64,000 nucleotides of DNA from Alphaproteobacteria bacterium. GTDB lineage: Bacteria > Pseudomonadota > Alphaproteobacteria > GCA-2731375. The notes beneath the pieces were generated by a model that saw only the letters and a program-made list of their open reading frames with translations, did no database searches and was not told where the DNA came from. Both the position numbers and the translations under genes were made by a program. The DNA lies in assembly GCA_021776235.1 (NCBI GenBank), contig JAJFGG010000066.1:26904-90903 (forward strand), given 5' to 3'. Shown in pieces: positions 38,979 to 48,084 of this stretch (positions within the stretch are counted from its first letter, which is position 1; each line of letters opens with the position of its first letter).

Positions 38979-40414
38979 CGCTGTGGCTGGCGATCGGTGG
39001 GCTGACACTGGTGGCGGTTTTGCCAATCCTTTGGCCCTTGTTGCGGCCCTCGCAAGGGGGCGCAACCCGGCTGGATCATGATTTGGAAGTTTATCGCGAC
39101 CAATTGCGCGAGGTGGAAGTTGAACTGGCCGCCAATGCGCTGACCGATAAAGAGGCCGGCGAAGCAAAACGGGAAATAGAGCGGCGTATTTTACGCGCCG
39201 CCGAACAAGGCCAGGGCGGTGGCGATTCGGTCGCGCCATCGGCCATCACCGCCGTTTTGCTTGCTCTATTGCTGCCCGCCGTGACGTTGTTTTTGTATGT
39301 CTCGCTGGGCCAGCCAGGGCAGATGGATCAACCGCTGGCGGCGCGGGAGGTGGCGGCGCCGGTGGAGGCCGCATCGCCCCATGAATTGTCCGGACCCCAA
39401 CGCGATCAGATCATTGAAATGGTCGCCCGCTTGGCCACACGCCTGCAGGAGCAGCCCGACGACTTGGATGGTTGGATATTGTTGGGCCGCTCCCAGGCGG
39501 CCCTGGCTCAATTTGACCAGGCGGCAAAGGCACTGCAACGGGCCGTGGCGCTTTCCGGGGATGATGCCAATTTGCAGATGGCGCTTGGTGATGCCTTGAC
39601 CAAGGCCGCCGGCGGCACGGTCACGCCGGAAGCCGTGGCAGCGTTCGAAAAGGCGAAGCAGCTCGAGCCCGGGCAGTTGGGCGCGCGTTACTACCTGGCC
39701 CTGGCCGAACTGCAGGCCGGTCGGCCTCGGGTGGCCTACGATGCCTGGTTGCTACTTTATCGGGAATTGCCGGAAAATGGTGATAACCGACAGGCCCTGG
39801 CGGCGCAAATCCGCCGGACGGCGGAACAACTCGGCATCGATCCGGAACCCGAATTGGCGGCGGCGCCCGTCAGACCCGCACCGGCCACCGCACCGGCCAC
39901 TGCACCGGCCACTGCGCCGGGCCCCGACCGTGCCGATGTCGCTGCGGCAGCCGCCATGTCGACGGATGAACGTCAAGAATTCATCCAATCCATGGTGCAG
40001 CGCCTGGCGGACCGACTGAAAGACGAGCCCGGCGATTTTGATGGCTGGATGCGCCTGGCCAGGGCGTACGGTGTTTTGCGGCGGCTGGACGATGCCGCCG
40101 CAGCCTATGGGCGCGCCGCCGCATTGCGCCCCAACGATCCCCTTCCCTTGAATGCCCAGGCCATGGCCCTGATCGAAGCGGCGCCGGCCAATCAGGCATT
40201 GCCCGGATCCACTATCGCGGTATTGCGCCGGTTGGAGACGCTGCAGCCCGACAACCCCCGTGTCCTGTGGTTTCTTGGCATGGTGGATGCCGCCGATGGC
40301 CGCCGTTCGGCGGCGATTGAACGCTGGCAGCGGTTGCACGATCAGCTTCCTGAGAACAGCAAAGAGCGTGAAAAATTGCAGGTGGCCATTGATCGTTTGC
40401 GGGCCGCAAATTGA
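38975..40414 (+). CDS. ccmI: Cytochrome c-type biogenesis protein CcmI/CycH (TPR-repeat)
   Basis: N-terminal TMs and TPR-like repeats. Internal low-complexity PAPATAPATAPATAPG encoded by a DNA tandem repeat near 39885-39930. Confidence 0.8.
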   Translation: MTLWLAIGGLTLVAVLPILWPLLRPSQGGATRLDHDLEVYRDQLREVEVELAANALTDKEAGEAKREIERRILRAAEQGQGGGDSVAPSAITAVLLALLLPAVTLFLYVSLGQPGQMDQPLAAREVAAPVEAASPHELSGPQRDQIIEMVARLATRLQEQPDDLDGWILLGRSQAALAQFDQAAKALQRAVALSGDDANLQMALGDALTKAAGGTVTPEAVAAFEKAKQLEPGQLGARYYLALAELQAGRPRVAYDAWLLLYRELPENGDNRQALAAQIRRTAEQLGIDPEPELAAAPVRPAPATAPATAPATAPGPDRADVAAAAAMSTDERQEFIQSMVQRLADRLKDEPGDFDGWMRLARAYGVLRRLDDAAAAYGRAAALRPNDPLPLNAQAMALIEAAPANQALPGSTIAVLRRLETLQPDNPRVLWFLGMVDAADGRRSAAIERWQRLHDQLPENSKEREKLQVAIDRLRAAN

Positions 40415-40609
40415 GCTTGTAAGGCTGCGGATTCATCCTTTCTTAATTCCTTGGGCACTACCATCTATCCCAGAACTGCAGATCAACGGCATCAAAAGCG
40501 CCATATATTTAAGAGGGTTGTACGAAATGGCAAACCGTCGGCGACGGCGGGACGCAAAGCTTCCGGTCTGGCTAATCCAGATAGCGGGGTTACCGAAAGG
40601 ATCCATGTT

Positions 40610-41020
40610 ATGTCGACGGATACGTTGATGGCGCTGCGCGCGCTGATAATCGATGATCAACGCACCATGCGCTCGATCGTTCGCAGATTGCTTTCCCAGG
40701 TAGGCATTATTGATGTAACGGAAGCGGCCGGTGGCGCCGAAGCCTTCGATCTGCTCGAGGCCGCGGGAGAGCAACCGCCAGACTTCGTGATTTGCGATCT
40801 GCACATGGAGGACGGCGACGGCATGGCCTTCTGCAATAAGATTCGACGCCACAAGAACGGCAATATCGCGCAGATACCGGTTTTGATCCTGACCGGTGAC
40901 AGCGATAGCTTCCTGCACGAGGTGGCGTTGCAGATTGGCGCCGTGAATGTGCTGACAAAACCGATCTCGGGCCCCGACCTGGAGCGGGAGATCTATCACG
41001 CCGTGGGTTTTGCCTGCTAG
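40610..41020 (+). CDS. Stand-alone response-regulator receiver (CheY-like) domain protein
   Basis: 136 aa; IIDDQ, phospho-acceptor Asp in VICDLHMEDGDG, conserved T and K (LTGDSDS, TKP). No output domain. Confidence 0.8.
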   Translation: MSTDTLMALRALIIDDQRTMRSIVRRLLSQVGIIDVTEAAGGAEAFDLLEAAGEQPPDFVICDLHMEDGDGMAFCNKIRRHKNGNIAQIPVLILTGDSDSFLHEVALQIGAVNVLTKPISGPDLEREIYHAVGFAC

Positions 41021-41040
41021 ACTCGATTTCGTATGATGCA

Positions 41041-41115
41041 ATCCAGGCCGCGACGGCGGCCCGGCGCTAATGCGCCACCCTCGCGGAGCGGTGCGTTTTG
41101 GCGCACAAGCGTGAG
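41041..41115 (+). repeat. Intergenic ~75-bp repeat element, copy 1 (two short hairpins: ggccgc-gacg-gcggcc and gtgcg-tttt-ggcgcac)
   Basis: About 85% identical to 43613-43700 by eye; shared core GGCCGCGACGGCGGCCCGGCGC...TGCGCC.CCCT.G.GGAGC.GTGCG....GGCGCAC..GCGTGA.CG. Confidence 0.6.
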
Positions 41116-41154
41116 CGACAATAGCTAGTCCGTATCGATGACAATCGAAACGGA

Positions 41155-42321
41155 CTAATGAAAGGCCCCGCCAATCAGATCGCGGGCGATAATTAGCCGC
41201 TGCACCTCGTTCGGACCTTCGCCAATGCGCCGGATGCGCATCTCCCTGAACCAGCGTTCGAAGGGAAACTCCTTGGTGACGCCATAGCCGCCATGGATCT
41301 GCATGGCCCGGTCAACCACCCGGCCGCCGGCTTCCGTGGCCGCGATTTTGGCCATGGCGGCTTCCGTCCGAAAGGGCTCGCCCTGGTCGGCCTTGTGGGC
41401 CGCGGCCAGGGTCAGCCAGCGGGCGGTGCGAATGTCCAGTTCATTGTCGATGATCATGTTTTGGATGGTCTGCCGGGTGGCCAGCAGATCGCCAAAGGTC
41501 TCGCGTATCTTGACGTATTCGATGGCCATTTCCTGGGCCCGCATGGCGACCCCAAGGCAACTGGCGGCATAAGGAATGCGGTTGCGTGTCAACCGTTCGT
41601 TGGCGATGCCAAAGCCGCCGTCCACCTGGCCCAGGATATTCTCGGACGGCACCCGCAGGTCCTCGAACTGCAGTTCGGTGGCGTAATGGGTCGAACGCAG
41701 GGTATGCACGATACGCCGGACATGAAATCCCGGCATGTCCGTATCGACAATAAAGCAGGTGACGCCGGCCCGGCCCTTGTCGGGGCTGGTGCGGGCGAAG
41801 ACTAGGCCGAAATCGGCCCGGTCGGCGCCCGAGATGAATATTTTCTGCCCGTTGATGACCCAATCGTCACCGTCCTGAACGGCCCGGGTCTGTATGGCGC
41901 GGGCCGGATCGCTGCCCCCCGAAGGCTCCGTCAGTCCAAAGAATCCGCGTTTTTCACCCCGCAGGGTCGGGTATAGATAACGGTCTTTCTGATCATCATT
42001 GGCATCATAAAGCTGGGCCAGGCCCATGCTGCCGAAGGTGCCGTAACAGGGGGTATATAAACCGGCGCGGTGTTGCGACATTTCCATGGCCAGCAGGGTG
42101 CGCGTCATCACATCCAGGCCGGCGCCGCCGAATTCCTCCGGCACATCCATTTGGTACAGGCCCATGCCGGTGGTTATGGCGACCAGGCGGTCATGTTCTT
42201 CCCCGGGCAATTCACTGGCGTCGGGGTCCAGATCGGCTTCCAGGGGATCAACCTCCTGCCGCACGAAACGCCGCACCTGTTCAACCAGCATCCGCTGTTC
42301 GTCGGAAAGTTCCAAGTCCAT
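41155..42321 (-). CDS. Acyl-CoA dehydrogenase
   Basis: 388 aa with ACAD N-terminal, middle (FAD) and C-terminal domain patterns (GGYGVTKEFPFERWFREMRI at the C-terminus). Confidence 0.85.
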   Translation of the reverse strand: MDLELSDEQRMLVEQVRRFVRQEVDPLEADLDPDASELPGEEHDRLVAITTGMGLYQMDVPEEFGGAGLDVMTRTLLAMEMSQHRAGLYTPCYGTFGSMGLAQLYDANDDQKDRYLYPTLRGEKRGFFGLTEPSGGSDPARAIQTRAVQDGDDWVINGQKIFISGADRADFGLVFARTSPDKGRAGVTCFIVDTDMPGFHVRRIVHTLRSTHYATELQFEDLRVPSENILGQVDGGFGIANERLTRNRIPYAASCLGVAMRAQEMAIEYVKIRETFGDLLATRQTIQNMIIDNELDIRTARWLTLAAAHKADQGEPFRTEAAMAKIAATEAGGRVVDRAMQIHGGYGVTKEFPFERWFREMRIRRIGEGPNEVQRLIIARDLIGGAFH

Positions 42322-42343
42322 TTGTCGGTCTCCCAGAAAGGCT

Positions 42344-42679
42344 CTAACTCAAACTCAATTGGCCGATGCGCCGCGGCCGGTGCTTTTCATTGCCAGGGGG
42401 CAGGGTGCCATGATCGCCCATGTGAACCTTCAACAGCTCCTCCCAACGGCTCAGATACTGCTGGTTCACTTCCAGCCGGAAATGATGGCCGCCGCCCCGT
42501 TCGGCCAGCTCGTCCTGCAGGGCGCCGCGCAGGCCCCAAAGACTGCGGCCGCCAGCATAGCCGATATAGATAACCTCCCGGCTGTCGTCGGCAATCTGAT
42601 AGACGCCCAGTTGCGCCGGCAGGCCCGCAAGCGCTTCCGCCGTCAGGGGCCGCCAGGCTTTCTCCATCCGTATGGCCAT
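42344..42679 (-). CDS. Small hypothetical protein with GIY-YIG-like N-terminal motif (111 aa)
   Basis: MAIRMEKAWRP...GVYQIADDSREVIYIGYAGGRS resembles a GIY-(10)-YIG spacing followed by Arg and Glu. Start set at the ATG at 42679 to avoid overlap with the enoyl-CoA hydratase gene. Confidence 0.45.
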   Translation of the reverse strand: MAIRMEKAWRPLTAEALAGLPAQLGVYQIADDSREVIYIGYAGGRSLWGLRGALQDELAERGGGHHFRLEVNQQYLSRWEELLKVHMGDHGTLPPGNEKHRPRRIGQLSLS

Positions 42680-42692
42680 GTCTCCAGCCCCG

Positions 42693-43448
42693 CTATACGC
42701 CGCGGAAATCAGGTTGCCGCCGTTCCAGCCTGGCCTTGACGCCTTCCAGGGCATCGGTCGAGGCTGCTACCTTGGCCACGTCGGCGTTCAGGTCATCATG
42801 CGGCGTGGCGTCCCGGAAGGCCATGTGCCGGACCAGCATGGCTTTCATGTTGCGCAGCGACAGCGGCGCGTTGGCCGCCAGACGGTCGATGATCTTTTGC
42901 GCCGCTTCCTGCAGGCCGTCCGGTTCCGCGATCCGCGCGATAATGCCCATTTCATGCATGCGCGTGGCCGGCAGCGGATCGCCCAACAGCAGAATTTCCC
43001 GGCTCGCCACCGGGCCGGCAACCTCCATCAGTTTCTTGGCCAGGAACCAGGTCGGGGCCAGACCGATCTGCGACAGGGACATCCCGAATATCGCCGACGT
43101 GCTGGCGACAACGAAGTCGCAATGTAGGGCCAGTTCGTTGCCCCCCGCGATGGCCGGGCCATGCACCACGGCGACCACGGGCAGGGGATAGACTTCGACC
43201 CGGCGCAGCATGGCCTCGATCGCTCCGGGCTTGCCCAGGCCGGCCGCTTTCTGGCTCAAATCCATGCCGGAACAAAACGACGGCCCGTTGGCGCGCAGCA
43301 CCGCCACCCGCTCCTCGGCCCCCGGTTCGTCCGGAAAGGCCGCACTCAGGCCGTCCAGGGTCTCCTGATCCAGGGCATTGCGTTTCTCGGGCCGATTCAA
43401 GGTTATGGTCCGCACGGGACCATCTATATCCACCAGGACTTTGCTCAT
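42693..43448 (-). CDS. Enoyl-CoA hydratase/isomerase (crotonase family)
   Basis: 251 aa; oxyanion-hole pattern AAVHGPAIAGGNELALHCDF and crotonase fold. Confidence 0.85.
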   Translation of the reverse strand: MSKVLVDIDGPVRTITLNRPEKRNALDQETLDGLSAAFPDEPGAEERVAVLRANGPSFCSGMDLSQKAAGLGKPGAIEAMLRRVEVYPLPVVAVVHGPAIAGGNELALHCDFVVASTSAIFGMSLSQIGLAPTWFLAKKLMEVAGPVASREILLLGDPLPATRMHEMGIIARIAEPDGLQEAAQKIIDRLAANAPLSLRNMKAMLVRHMAFRDATPHDDLNADVAKVAASTDALEGVKARLERRQPDFRGV

Positions 43449-43612
43449 GGGGCGCTCCTACCGTTGAAATTTTTTCATCGCTATTGGCCTGACTATAGCA
43501 AAGCTTGCCCGCCCGGGAGCAATTTCGCTGCACAATTGGCCGGCCCGGGCCGCGCCCCGGCGCGCTGGCGTGCACGAAGAAGGTCGTTTCATTTTGAATG
43601 CGTGTCCAGACT

Positions 43613-43700
43613 GGACCACGGCCGCGACGGCGGCCCGGCGCCCCTGCGCCGCCCTGGTGGAGCCGTGCGCCCTGGCGCACCGGCGTGAACGCCAAAAAGC
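43613..43700 (+). repeat. Intergenic ~75-bp repeat element, copy 2 (direct repeat of 41041-41115)
   Basis: Same core and same orientation as copy 1. Lies between the enoyl-CoA hydratase start and the mutM stop. Confidence 0.6.
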
Positions 43701-43731
43701 TGATTCCTGTTCGATGCATATCGAACACGAA

Positions 43732-44556
43732 TCAGCGCTGGCATCTGGAACAAAAGAAGGTGGAACGGCCCGCCTGCACCAGGCGCTTGATGGCCTGTCC
43801 GCATTGGCCGCAGGCTTCGCCCTCGCGTCCATAGACCGCGAATTCGTGCTGGAAATAGCCCAGCTCGCCCGAGGCCTGAACATAGTCCCGCAGGGTCGAG
43901 CCGCCCTTGGCGATGGCCTTCGACAGCACGTCGCGAATGGCCGGCACCAGCCGTTCGGCCCGCCGGCCGGCCACCGAGGCCGCCAGGCGGCGCGGCGATA
44001 TGCCCGTATGGAACAGTGCCTCGCAGACATAGATATTGCCCAGCCCGGCGACGATTTTCTGATCCAGCAGGGCCGATTTGATCGGCGTCCGCCGGCCTCG
44101 CAGGGCCTGCGAGAGGACCACGCCGTTGAATTCATTGCCCAGGGGTTCTGGCCCCAGGTCCCGTAACAGGCGGTGCTTGTGCAACTCGTCGCCGGGGACC
44201 AGATCCATCATGCCGAACCGGCGGTGATCCTGATACACCACCGTGTGGCCGCCATCCGTTTCCAGCAGGACATGGTCATGCTTGCCGGGATCGGGCGCCA
44301 GGCCACTATGGATATACATCCGCCCCGACATGCCCAGATGGGTCATCCAGACCCAGCCGTCGTCCAGATCGGCCAGAATGAATTTCGCCCGCCGGTACAG
44401 CCGCTGCACGGTCCGGCCCTGCAGCCGCTGGGCGAAGTTATCCGGCAGGGGCCAGCGCAGATTGTCGCGCCGCTGGCTGACCCTGGTCAGCCGGTGGCCC
44501 ACCAGGGGCCCTTCCAGGCCGCGGCAGACGGTTTCAACTTCGGGCAGTTCTGGCAT
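43732..44556 (-). CDS. mutM: Formamidopyrimidine-DNA glycosylase
   Basis: N-terminal MPELPEVE (catalytic Pro2/Glu3), H2TH, C-terminal zinc finger CGQCGQ...CSRCQ. Confidence 0.9.
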   Translation of the reverse strand: MPELPEVETVCRGLEGPLVGHRLTRVSQRRDNLRWPLPDNFAQRLQGRTVQRLYRRAKFILADLDDGWVWMTHLGMSGRMYIHSGLAPDPGKHDHVLLETDGGHTVVYQDHRRFGMMDLVPGDELHKHRLLRDLGPEPLGNEFNGVVLSQALRGRRTPIKSALLDQKIVAGLGNIYVCEALFHTGISPRRLAASVAGRRAERLVPAIRDVLSKAIAKGGSTLRDYVQASGELGYFQHEFAVYGREGEACGQCGQAIKRLVQAGRSTFFCSRCQR

Positions 44557-44668
44557 CCGGGCACGTTAGCTGATCGGGCCGGTGGCCGCCAGCCGGCGGA
44601 AAAAAATATGCTATGCTGCCGCCGCGTTCGATCAAGCATGCCGCACGAACAGGGGGGCGAGGCCAGTC

Positions 44669-45412
44669 ATGGCGCCAGAAGCCAGCACCGATTTCGGTTT
44701 TCAGCGTGTCCCATGGGGGGAAAAGACCGCCCGGGTACGCGGCGTCTTCAGCTCTGTGGCGGGCCGCTACGACGTCATGAACGACCTGATGTCGGGTGGT
44801 CTGCACCGCCTCTGGAAGACCGCCTTCATCACCTGGCTGCGGCCCAGGGCCGGCATGCATCTGCTGGATCTGGCGGGCGGCACGGGCGATATCGCCTTCC
44901 GCTTTCTCGCCGCCGGCGGCGGCCGGGCCACGGTGGCGGATATCAACCGGGACATGCTTTTGGTGGGGCAAAACCGGGCCCGGCGGCGGCGTCTGGCCGG
45001 CCCCATCGAATGGCTCTGCGCCAACGCCGAAAGCCTGCCCCTGCCTGATGCCTCCGTCGACGCGGTCACCTGCGCCTTCGGCATCCGCAATATGACCGAC
45101 AAGGCCGGGGCCCTGGCCGAAATGCACCGGGTGCTGAAGCCCGGCGGCCGTTTCCTGTGCCTGGAATTCTCCCGTCTCGCCCTGCCGGGGCTGGAGGGCC
45201 TGTATGACACATACTCGTTTCAGGTCGTGCCGCGCCTGGGCCGCATGGTCGCCGGTGACGAGGCCTCGTACCGCTACTTGGCCGAAAGCATCCGCACTTT
45301 TCCCGATCAGGACGCCTTCGCCGCCATGCTCACCCGGGCGGGCCTGGGCAACGTCAGCTACCGCAACCTGGCGGGCGGCATCGCCGCCATGCATTCCGCC
45401 TGGCGGATTTGA
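44669..45412 (+). CDS. ubiE: Ubiquinone/menaquinone biosynthesis C-methyltransferase UbiE
   Basis: YDVMNDLMSGGLHRLWK motif, SAM-binding LDLAGGTGD; conserved fpg-ubiE neighbourhood. Confidence 0.85.
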   Translation: MAPEASTDFGFQRVPWGEKTARVRGVFSSVAGRYDVMNDLMSGGLHRLWKTAFITWLRPRAGMHLLDLAGGTGDIAFRFLAAGGGRATVADINRDMLLVGQNRARRRRLAGPIEWLCANAESLPLPDASVDAVTCAFGIRNMTDKAGALAEMHRVLKPGGRFLCLEFSRLALPGLEGLYDTYSFQVVPRLGRMVAGDEASYRYLAESIRTFPDQDAFAAMLTRAGLGNVSYRNLAGGIAAMHSAWRI

Positions 45413-45516
45413 AGTCTGACGCTGAAGTCTGACGCCTTGTTTCCGATACCGGTATTTGATCTGCGTTAAAGTTGCGGCTAGTCTTTTTTCTCCATCTAAA
45501 ATGGAGGGCGCGGATC

Positions 45517-46923
45517 ATGAGTAACCTTACGGATAATGTCGGGAATGTTGTTGTCCTTATGTTGGAGAACCGATCCTTCGACACTATTCTCGGCGGCCTC
45601 TACGCTGGCGGCTCTTCGCCCGTCACCGGCCAGCCTTTTGACGGTGCCCAAGGCACGGTGACCACGAACGATACCAACGTCGACCCCGATCCCTACGAAT
45701 ACCTCGACGAAGTCTATCTGCAGCAATTTGGCGCCGACGCGCCCGCCAGTGGCTGGAATCGGACGGATGCTCCGCCTATGAACGGCTTTGTCGACAACTA
45801 CACCGCTGCGATCAAGGAGTGGAATGGCAAGTTCCTCCACCGGCACGAACAGAAAGACACGGTCGGTGCTCAGATCGCCTATCAGTATGACGCGACCGTG
45901 CTGCCGAACACCTGGTTCCTGGCCCAGCAGTTCGCCGTTTGCGATCGTTGGTACAGCGCGGTCCCAAGCGACACCTGGCCCAACCGGCGTTTTGCTCTAT
46001 CGGGAACTTCGTTTGGCGACATTTACGATACGCCGAAAGTGGAACTGTTCTGGCCCACGATCTTCGACAACATGGCCACGGCTGGGGTCACGTGGAAGAT
46101 ATACGCCGACGGTCCGTCTCTGACGGCAATTCTGTGGCCGCATTTGATAGGTTACTTCTCTTTCGGATCCATAACGGATTTCGAGAATGATTGCGCCGCG
46201 GGCACATTGCCCCAGTTCGCGTTCGTGGAACCCGACTACAGCTCCGCCGGCAATTCCATGCACCCACCATACCCGGTCAGTCCCGGGGATCTGTTCATTG
46301 CGCAGATCTACAATGCCGTTCGTGGCAACACGGCCCAGTGGGATCAGACATTGCTGCTCGTGACCTTTGACGAGCATGGCGGCACCGCCGACCACGCGCC
46401 GCCGCCCGCGACCGCCGTCGCACCAGACAGCCACACCCAGGATGGCTTTGATTTCACCCGCTTCGGGGTCCGCGTGCCCATGTTGATGATCTCTCCCTAT
46501 ATTCCCGCGGGCACGGTCTATCGGCCCGCCGCAGGAACCTGCGATCACACCAGTATCCTCAGCACCCTTGAACTGCTGTTCGGTCTGGACCCATTGACCA
46601 ATCGGGACAAGGTCGCGCCCGCGCTGGACGGGCTGCTTGGCGCGACCCTGCGTACGGATTGTCCCCCCAGCACCAATCTTACGCCGGCGCCAACCGCGTC
46701 GTCCGTGCTGAGCGATGCCAGCAACCTGGCGCCAAACCATTTGCTGGTCTCGATGCTGGACATGGCCACGAGGCTGCCAACGGTTGATCGCTACCGCCAG
46801 TGGTGCGCGTCCGGCGAAGGCCGGGCGCCGTCGGGCAAACCGAACACCGACCATCTGACCGAGGTCGAGGCTTTGCAGATCATCCAGGCGAAAATCAACG
46901 AATATCTGCGCGCATTGGAGTAA
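45517..46923 (+). CDS. Phosphoesterase-family protein (phospholipase C / acid phosphatase AcpA-like)
   Basis: ENRSFD near the N-terminus and DEHGG later, characteristic of the phosphoesterase (PLC/AcpA) family. ATG at 45517 with GGAGGG RBS. Confidence 0.7.
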   Translation: MSNLTDNVGNVVVLMLENRSFDTILGGLYAGGSSPVTGQPFDGAQGTVTTNDTNVDPDPYEYLDEVYLQQFGADAPASGWNRTDAPPMNGFVDNYTAAIKEWNGKFLHRHEQKDTVGAQIAYQYDATVLPNTWFLAQQFAVCDRWYSAVPSDTWPNRRFALSGTSFGDIYDTPKVELFWPTIFDNMATAGVTWKIYADGPSLTAILWPHLIGYFSFGSITDFENDCAAGTLPQFAFVEPDYSSAGNSMHPPYPVSPGDLFIAQIYNAVRGNTAQWDQTLLLVTFDEHGGTADHAPPPATAVAPDSHTQDGFDFTRFGVRVPMLMISPYIPAGTVYRPAAGTCDHTSILSTLELLFGLDPLTNRDKVAPALDGLLGATLRTDCPPSTNLTPAPTASSVLSDASNLAPNHLLVSMLDMATRLPTVDRYRQWCASGEGRAPSGKPNTDHLTEVEALQIIQAKINEYLRALE

Positions 46924-47016
46924 AGCTGCCGCTGTCTTTCACGGCGGTACTCCGGTGGTTGCGCGCAGCGATGCCACCATTTGCGGCGGTGGTGCGTTGT
47001 GCAAGGGCGCGATGGT

Positions 47017-48084
47017 TTATTCGAACAATCCCAGGAAAGTATCGATTTTGCCAATAACGGTGGCTGTAAGCCCGGCCCCATCGCCCGTCAACGCCGCCTT
47101 TAATACCAGATCGAGCTCGCCGGTCAGGGTCTTGAAGCGGCGTACTGTCGCCAGGTCCGGCGCCGGCGCCTTCGCCTGCAGGATCAGGGTCTCCGCGTCG
47201 GTCACCACCTGATCGATGATATCGGCAATCGCCGGCGGCAGGCGGTTGTGGCCGCCGCCGGGCCGCGCCTCCGTCTCCATAAAGCCGGCCAATGCCTTGC
47301 GCACGGCTGCAATCAGCTCTCTTAAACTGTTTTCCAGGTCGGCCGCGGCGGCCAACTGCTGATCGCGGCTCACATCCGGTCGCCGCCGCCGTGTCCGCTC
47401 TGGATCAATCTCCATGGCCGGCCTGTCATCAGGGCCCAGCTTGATCCGGTAGTGGGATTTCTCCGCCGGTTCCGCCGCCGGTTCCGCCGCAGGTTCCACC
47501 GCAGGTTTCGTGGGCGCCTTCGCCACGGGCGTGTCTTCAACCGGGGCCACGCCATTTTCCGGGCGGTGCGGCTCCCCGCAATCCAGTTCGGAATGTCTCA
47601 GCGCCAGTTGCCAATGCATGGCCCGCTTCAGGCCATCGCAATCCAGGCCCTTGACGGCGCTCAGGTCGGCGTTCATCAGATTGGCCTGCCTTATGTCCGC
47701 ACCGGTCAGATTGGCGCCGGACAGGTTGGCGCCGATCAGCGTCGTATCGATCAGGTTGGCATCGTCCAGAGCCGCCCCGATCAGTTTCGCCCCGATCAGC
47801 GCCGCCCGGTACAGATATGCGCCGTTCAGCGCCGCGCCGTTCAGGTCCGCGCCACTCAGGTCCGCCTCTCTCAGGTCTGCATTCTCCAGGTCCGCCCCGC
47901 TCAGGTCCGCGTCTCTCAGCTTGCCGTCACTCAGATTGGCATCGCTGAAATTCGCCCCGCCCAGGTTGGCGCCGGTGAAGTTCACGGCGCTCAGGTCAGG
48001 CCGGATATCGGGATAGTCCCGGCGCCAGGCGTTCCACGCCTCAACCCCCTCCGTCAGCTTCGCCAGATGTTCTCTATCCGCCAT
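47017..48084 (-). CDS. Pentapeptide-repeat protein with PA/E-rich linker and uncharacterised C-terminal domain
   Basis: Many tandem A(D/N)LxG pentapeptides (ANLGGANFSDANLSDGKLRDADLSGADLENADLREADLSGADL...). Linker PAVEPAAEPAAEPAEK, then ~170 aa with no recognisable motif. Start at the ATG at 48084. Confidence 0.75.
   Translation of the reverse strand: MADREHLAKLTEGVEAWNAWRRDYPDIRPDLSAVNFTGANLGGANFSDANLSDGKLRDADLSGADLENADLREADLSGADLNGAALNGAYLYRAALIGAKLIGAALDDANLIDTTLIGANLSGANLTGADIRQANLMNADLSAVKGLDCDGLKRAMHWQLALRHSELDCGEPHRPENGVAPVEDTPVAKAPTKPAVEPAAEPAAEPAEKSHYRIKLGPDDRPAMEIDPERTRRRRPDVSRDQQLAAAADLENSLRELIAAVRKALAGFMETEARPGGGHNRLPPAIADIIDQVVTDAETLILQAKAPAPDLATVRRFKTLTGELDLVLKAALTGDGAGLTATVIGKIDTFLGLFE

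Noticed and set aside
39885-39930. ccggccaccgca x3 tandem repeat considered as a possible regulatory or CRISPR-like repeat
   Set aside because: It lies in-frame inside ccmI and encodes a PATA low-complexity linker. Only three units, no spacers.
47450-48020. Dense DNA-level repeats (caggtccgc..., gccccgatcag... units) that superficially resemble a repeat array
   Set aside because: They are the nucleotide image of the tandem A(D/N)LxG pentapeptide repeats within a single long ORF. There are no unique spacers of regular length and no cas genes, so this is not a CRISPR array.
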